Origin: an uncultured delta proteobacterium
GTDB lineage: Bacteria; Desulfobacterota; Binatia; Binatales; Binataceae
Direction of reading: 5' to 3'
NCBI GenBank assembly: GCA_963756155.1
Contig: CAVWMQ010000008.1
Location: forward strand, 23,240-87,239
DNA: 64,000 nt
How positions within the stretch are numbered: position 1 is the first letter of the stretch; every line of letters begins with the position of its first letter. The position numbers and the translations under genes are program-made. The notes beneath the pieces were generated by a model that was not told the DNA's origin, made no database searches, and was given only the letters and a program-made list of their open reading frames with translations. Below are positions 60,649 to 64,000 of the stretch, in pieces.

Positions 60649-61614
60649 CTATCGGGCAGGCGCGAGGACCTCGCGATACAGCGCCGGGTCGACGTTGCCG
60701 CCGCTGAGAATCAGGGCGACGCACTTGCCGGCCATCGCGGCGCGCTCCTTGAGCATCGCAGCCAGGGGAGCGGCGCCGGCGCCTTCGGCGAGATTGTGGG
60801 TGTCGGTGAAGTAATGGCGCATCGCGTCTTTGATCTCGGCGTCGGAGACCGTGACGATCCGCTCCGCGTATCGATTGATGAGCTCGACCGCGTCCGCGTC
60901 CGGCACCCGGAGCGCGATTCCGTCGGCGATCGTGTCGGCGCTGTCAGTGGAGACGGGACGCCTGGATGCGAACGAGAGCGCATAGGCGGGAGCGCGCTCA
61001 GAAACCACGCCGACTACCTTGGTGCGCAGGCCGAGCGCCTCGCGCGCGGCGATCACGCCGCTGATCCCGGAGCCAAGGCCGATCGGAACATAGACGGTGT
61101 CGAGGTCCGCGACCGCGCGGAACAATTCCATCGCGTAGGAGCCGACGCCGGCGATCAGCAGCGGATGGTAGGGCGGATAGAGATGCGCGCCGCGCTCCGC
61201 CGCGAGCGCCTGCGCATGCTCGTACGCGGCCTGGTAGTCGTGGCCGTGCTCGATGAGCGTGGCGCCATACGCGCGCATCGCAGCGTTCTTGGTCTCGCTG
61301 TTGCCGCGCGGAACCACGATCGTCGCGGCGAGGCCGAAGCGTCGCGCGGCGAACGCGACGCTCTGGCCGTGATTGCCACGCGTCGCCGCGACCATCTCCG
61401 TCGGGCGCGTGGAGGAGCGCATCAGGTCGTCGACGTAGACCAGGCCGCCGCGCACCTTGAAGGCGCCGGTCGGGAGATGGTTCTCGTGCTTGACCCAGAC
61501 TTCCGCGGCGCATCGCGCGGAGAGCATCGGCCAGCAGATCTGCGGCGTCGGCGCGAGGACGGAGTGTACGAGTTCGCTCGCGGACTCGAGTTGCGCGCGG
61601 GTGGGGAGTCGCAT
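60649..61614 (-). CDS. ilvA: PLP-dependent threonine/serine dehydratase (no ACT domain)
   Basis: VWVKHENHLPTGAFKVRGG (PLP lysine), GNHGQ, glycine-rich loop; 321 aa. Confidence 0.8.
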   Translation of the reverse strand: MRLPTRAQLESASELVHSVLAPTPQICWPMLSARCAAEVWVKHENHLPTGAFKVRGGLVYVDDLMRSSTRPTEMVAATRGNHGQSVAFAARRFGLAATIVVPRGNSETKNAAMRAYGATLIEHGHDYQAAYEHAQALAAERGAHLYPPYHPLLIAGVGSYAMELFRAVADLDTVYVPIGLGSGISGVIAAREALGLRTKVVGVVSERAPAYALSFASRRPVSTDSADTIADGIALRVPDADAVELINRYAERIVTVSDAEIKDAMRHYFTDTHNLAEGAGAAPLAAMLKERAAMAGKCVALILSGGNVDPALYREVLAPAR

Positions 61615-61664
61615 GGTGAGACGATAGCGGGGATTGGCGACGGCCGGAAGGACGGAGCGGCGGA

Positions 61665-61824
61665 GCGCCGGAGGCGAAACCTGGGACAGGTTTCGCCTCC
61701 GGCGCTGGGGTGGTCGGCAAGGACGCGTACTGAAACCTCGTACGAGGTTTCAGTACGCGTCCTTGCGGGGGCGGGAGCCTGCGCCGCTGCGTTGCGGCGA
61801 ACGCCGCAACGCAGCGGCGCAGGC
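61665..61824. repeat. cluster of three consecutive long perfect hairpins or palindromes
   Basis: 61665-61705: 17-bp stem gcgccggaggcgaaacc/ggtttcgcctccggcgc. 61718-61765: 48-nt perfect palindrome caaggacgcgtactgaaacctcgtacgaggtttcagtacgcgtccttg. 61777-61824: 23-bp stem gcctgcgccgctgcgttgcggcg/cgccgcaacgcagcggcgcaggc. Confidence 0.6.
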
Positions 61825-61884
61825 CGGCGGGCGCGCGCGCCGCAGGCGTCGCGCGTGCCCGCCGGTCACGAGCACGTACGCGGG

Positions 61885-62424
61885 TCAGTGTTTCGTGGTG
61901 CCGGGTTCGAGCTCGACGCCGCAGGGCACCAGCACCCGCACCACCTGGTTGTAGAAGGCGACGTTCTGCACCAGCTCCATGATCCGCCGGGTATCGAGAA
62001 ATGACTTGAGCGCGTTCCAGGTCGCGTCGCTGACCTTCACGTTGTTGGTCGCCTCGACGGCGTAGCGGATCACGGCGCGGTCGTCGTCGCTGAAGACCGG
62101 GGATTTTTCCCAATCGGCGAGCGCCTCGAGCTTCTCGCGCGGGACGCCGGCGCGGCGCGCGAGATTCCAGTGATGGACAAATTCGTACTCGGCGTTGGTG
62201 AGACGGCCCACCGTCATGATCGCGAGCTCGCGCAGTTTCGGATCGAGGGCGGTGCCGTTGCGAAGCTCACCGCCGAGCGCCAGGAAGCGGCGCAGGAGCT
62301 TCGGCGTATGCGCGAGAGTGCGGAAGATGTTCCCGACCGAGCCGCGCTCCGCGGCGAGATTGTCGAAAAGTTCGCGATCGGCTTCGGGCAGGTCTTCGCG
62401 ATTGAGATATGGAACGCGCGCCAT
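61885..62424 (-). CDS. carboxymuconolactone decarboxylase (AhpD-like) family protein
   Basis: CMD-family helical fold, ...TVGRLTNAEYEFVHHWNLAR... motif. Confidence 0.8.
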   Translation of the reverse strand: MARVPYLNREDLPEADRELFDNLAAERGSVGNIFRTLAHTPKLLRRFLALGGELRNGTALDPKLRELAIMTVGRLTNAEYEFVHHWNLARRAGVPREKLEALADWEKSPVFSDDDRAVIRYAVEATNNVKVSDATWNALKSFLDTRRIMELVQNVAFYNQVVRVLVPCGVELEPGTTKH

Positions 62425-62571
62425 TGGTGACTCTCCTTGTTGACGGAGAGTCTGTTACGAATCGAGGCATGAGGGCAACCGCGCCGCGCGCGTGCGCACT
62501 CGCGGTCATGAGATGTCCGTCATCATCCGAGGTTCGCGGAAAAGGGAATGCGCCGGAGAGCGCGGCGGGGC

Positions 62572-64000
62572 TTAGGCGAACAGCATTTCCGACATCGAGC
62601 CGCCGGGCGGGATCATCGGCATCACGGCTTCTTCCTTCGGAATCACGACGTCGATCAGCACCGGCCCCGGCGTGGCGAATGCTTCCTTCATGACGCGCGA
62701 GAGATCTTTGGCCTTCTCGATTCGGAAGCCGTGCGCGCCGTACGCGTCGGCGAGCTTGACAAAATTCGGCACCGACATCGCGGAGTACGAATAGCGCTCG
62801 TCGTAGAATTTTTCCTGCCACTGCCGGACCATCCCGAGGAAATAGTTGTTCAGGATGATCACTTTGATGTCGACGTTGTACTGGACCGCGGTCCCGAGCT
62901 CCTGGATGTTCATCTGGATCGAGCCGTCACCGGAGACCACCACTACCGGACGGCCCGGCGCCGCGAACGTGGCGCCGATTCCCGCCGGCAGCCCATAGCC
63001 CATCGTGCCCAATCCGCCCGAGGTGAGCCAGGAGCGCGGATGCTCGAAGGGAAACATCTGCGCGACCCACATCTGATGCTGGCCCACGTCGGTGGCCATG
63101 ATGCAGTCGCCCTTGGTTATCTTGTAGAGCTCGGAGACGACGTCGATGGGCGAGACCTTGTCGCCGCGCTTGCCGTTCTCGTACAGCGGCTTGTCCTTCT
63201 GCCACTTGAGGATCTGCTGATGCCAGCGGGTCCAATCGGCGCGCCGGCGCGCGATGCTCTCGCGGCCCTTAATCACCTGGAGCATGTCGGTCAGCACGTG
63301 CTTGATGTCGCCGACGATCGGGATATCGACCTTCACGTTTTTCGAGATCGAGGACGGGTCGATGTCGATGTGGATGATCGATTCGGCGTTGGGCGCGAAG
63401 TCCGCGATCCGCCCGGTGACGCGATCGTCAAAGCGCGCGCCAACCGCGATCAGGCAGTCGGTGTTGGTGACCGCGGTGTTGGTGCCGTAGGAGCCATGCA
63501 TCCCGAGCATCCCCAGTCGCAGCGAATCGGAGGCTGGAAACGAGCCGAGGCCCATCAGGGTTTCAGTGATCGGAATTCCCAGTCCGCGCACCAGCTCGCG
63601 CAGCTCTGGCGCGGCGCCCGACCATTGCACTCCGCCGCCGACGTAGAACAGCGGCTTGGAACTTTTTTCGATCGCTTCGATCGCGCGCTCGATCTGGCGC
63701 GGATTGCCGCGGATGGTCGGCTTGAAGCCGCGCAGCTCCACCGTGTCGGGATACTTGAAAACGTGCTCCGCCTGCTGCACATCCTTGGGAAGGTCGACGA
63801 CCACCGGTCCCGGCCGCCCGGTGCCGGCGATATAGAACGCCTCCTTGATGGTGCGCGCGATGTCCTTGACGTCCTTCACCAGGTAGTTGTGCTTGGTGCA
63901 GGGGCGCGTGATGCCAACGATGTCGGCCTCCTGGAAAGCGTCGTTGCCGATGAGCGAGGTCGAGACCTGCCCGGTGATCACGACCAGCGGAGTGGAGTCC
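62572..64000 (-). CDS. ilvB: acetolactate synthase large subunit (biosynthetic, TPP-dependent); N-terminus beyond window end
   Basis: MITGQVSTSLIGNDAFQEADIVGITRPCTKHN..., TPP-binding GDG...N C-terminal region, ends GGSMSEMLFA. Confidence 0.9.
   Translation of the reverse strand, partial: DSTPLVVITGQVSTSLIGNDAFQEADIVGITRPCTKHNYLVKDVKDIARTIKEAFYIAGTGRPGPVVVDLPKDVQQAEHVFKYPDTVELRGFKPTIRGNPRQIERAIEAIEKSSKPLFYVGGGVQWSGAAPELRELVRGLGIPITETLMGLGSFPASDSLRLGMLGMHGSYGTNTAVTNTDCLIAVGARFDDRVTGRIADFAPNAESIIHIDIDPSSISKNVKVDIPIVGDIKHVLTDMLQVIKGRESIARRRADWTRWHQQILKWQKDKPLYENGKRGDKVSPIDVVSELYKITKGDCIMATDVGQHQMWVAQMFPFEHPRSWLTSGGLGTMGYGLPAGIGATFAAPGRPVVVVSGDGSIQMNIQELGTAVQYNVDIKVIILNNYFLGMVRQWQEKFYDERYSYSAMSVPNFVKLADAYGAHGFRIEKAKDLSRVMKEAFATPGPVLIDVVIPKEEAVMPMIPPGGSMSEMLFA

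Overview
High-GC (about 65-68%) Gram-negative bacterial chromosome segment. Taxonomy cannot be assigned from sequence alone; Flp pilins, LolA, OmpA and many lipoproteins indicate a diderm, and the ElbD-like enzyme points to deltaproteobacterial or myxobacterial-like content. The window is gene-dense with a mostly housekeeping backbone. From the start it holds a partial ADP-forming acetyl-CoA synthetase ATP-grasp gene and a 2-hydroxyacid dehydrogenase, then two tandem Flp pilin genes. A hisA-hisB-hisD-murA-prmC run on the minus strand follows, ending in a MazEF-type toxin-antitoxin pair near tRNA-Arg(TCG). Next come a LanC-like protein, three TetR-headed operons including a TetR-HlyD-ABC efflux operon, two tandem Crp/Fnr regulators, and an OmpA lipoprotein followed by a 12-unit roughly 40-bp tandem repeat array. 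The later part holds ftsK-lolA, rnj, ssb, a VWA lipoprotein, a secreted G1-type peptidase, and ilvA-like and ilvB genes. The standout is a roughly 11.6-kb operon (35.8-47.4 kb). It is centred on a 1486-aa four-domain enzyme (fatty acyl reductase, AMP-dependent acyl ligase, ACP and PlsC-type acyltransferase), reminiscent of myxobacterial ElbD ether-lipid synthase. It is flanked by a HAD-IB hydrolase, a LarA-like DUF2088 protein, a secreted S1/P1/PLC-like zinc hydrolase, a PTPMT1-like dual-specificity phosphatase, a CDP-alcohol phosphatidyltransferase and an FGase-like hydrolase. This is a candidate pathway for an unusual (ether or alkyl) glycerophospholipid. Other notable points: rimO carries an internal 39-bp (13-aa) tandem repeat expansion whose consensus resembles the intergenic 40-bp array. 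A dispersed palindromic GAAACCTC hairpin family is present. At least three genes (prmC, rimO, AHL-lactonase-like) and possibly ftsK show frameshifts, consistent with draft or long-read indel errors or pseudogenisation.
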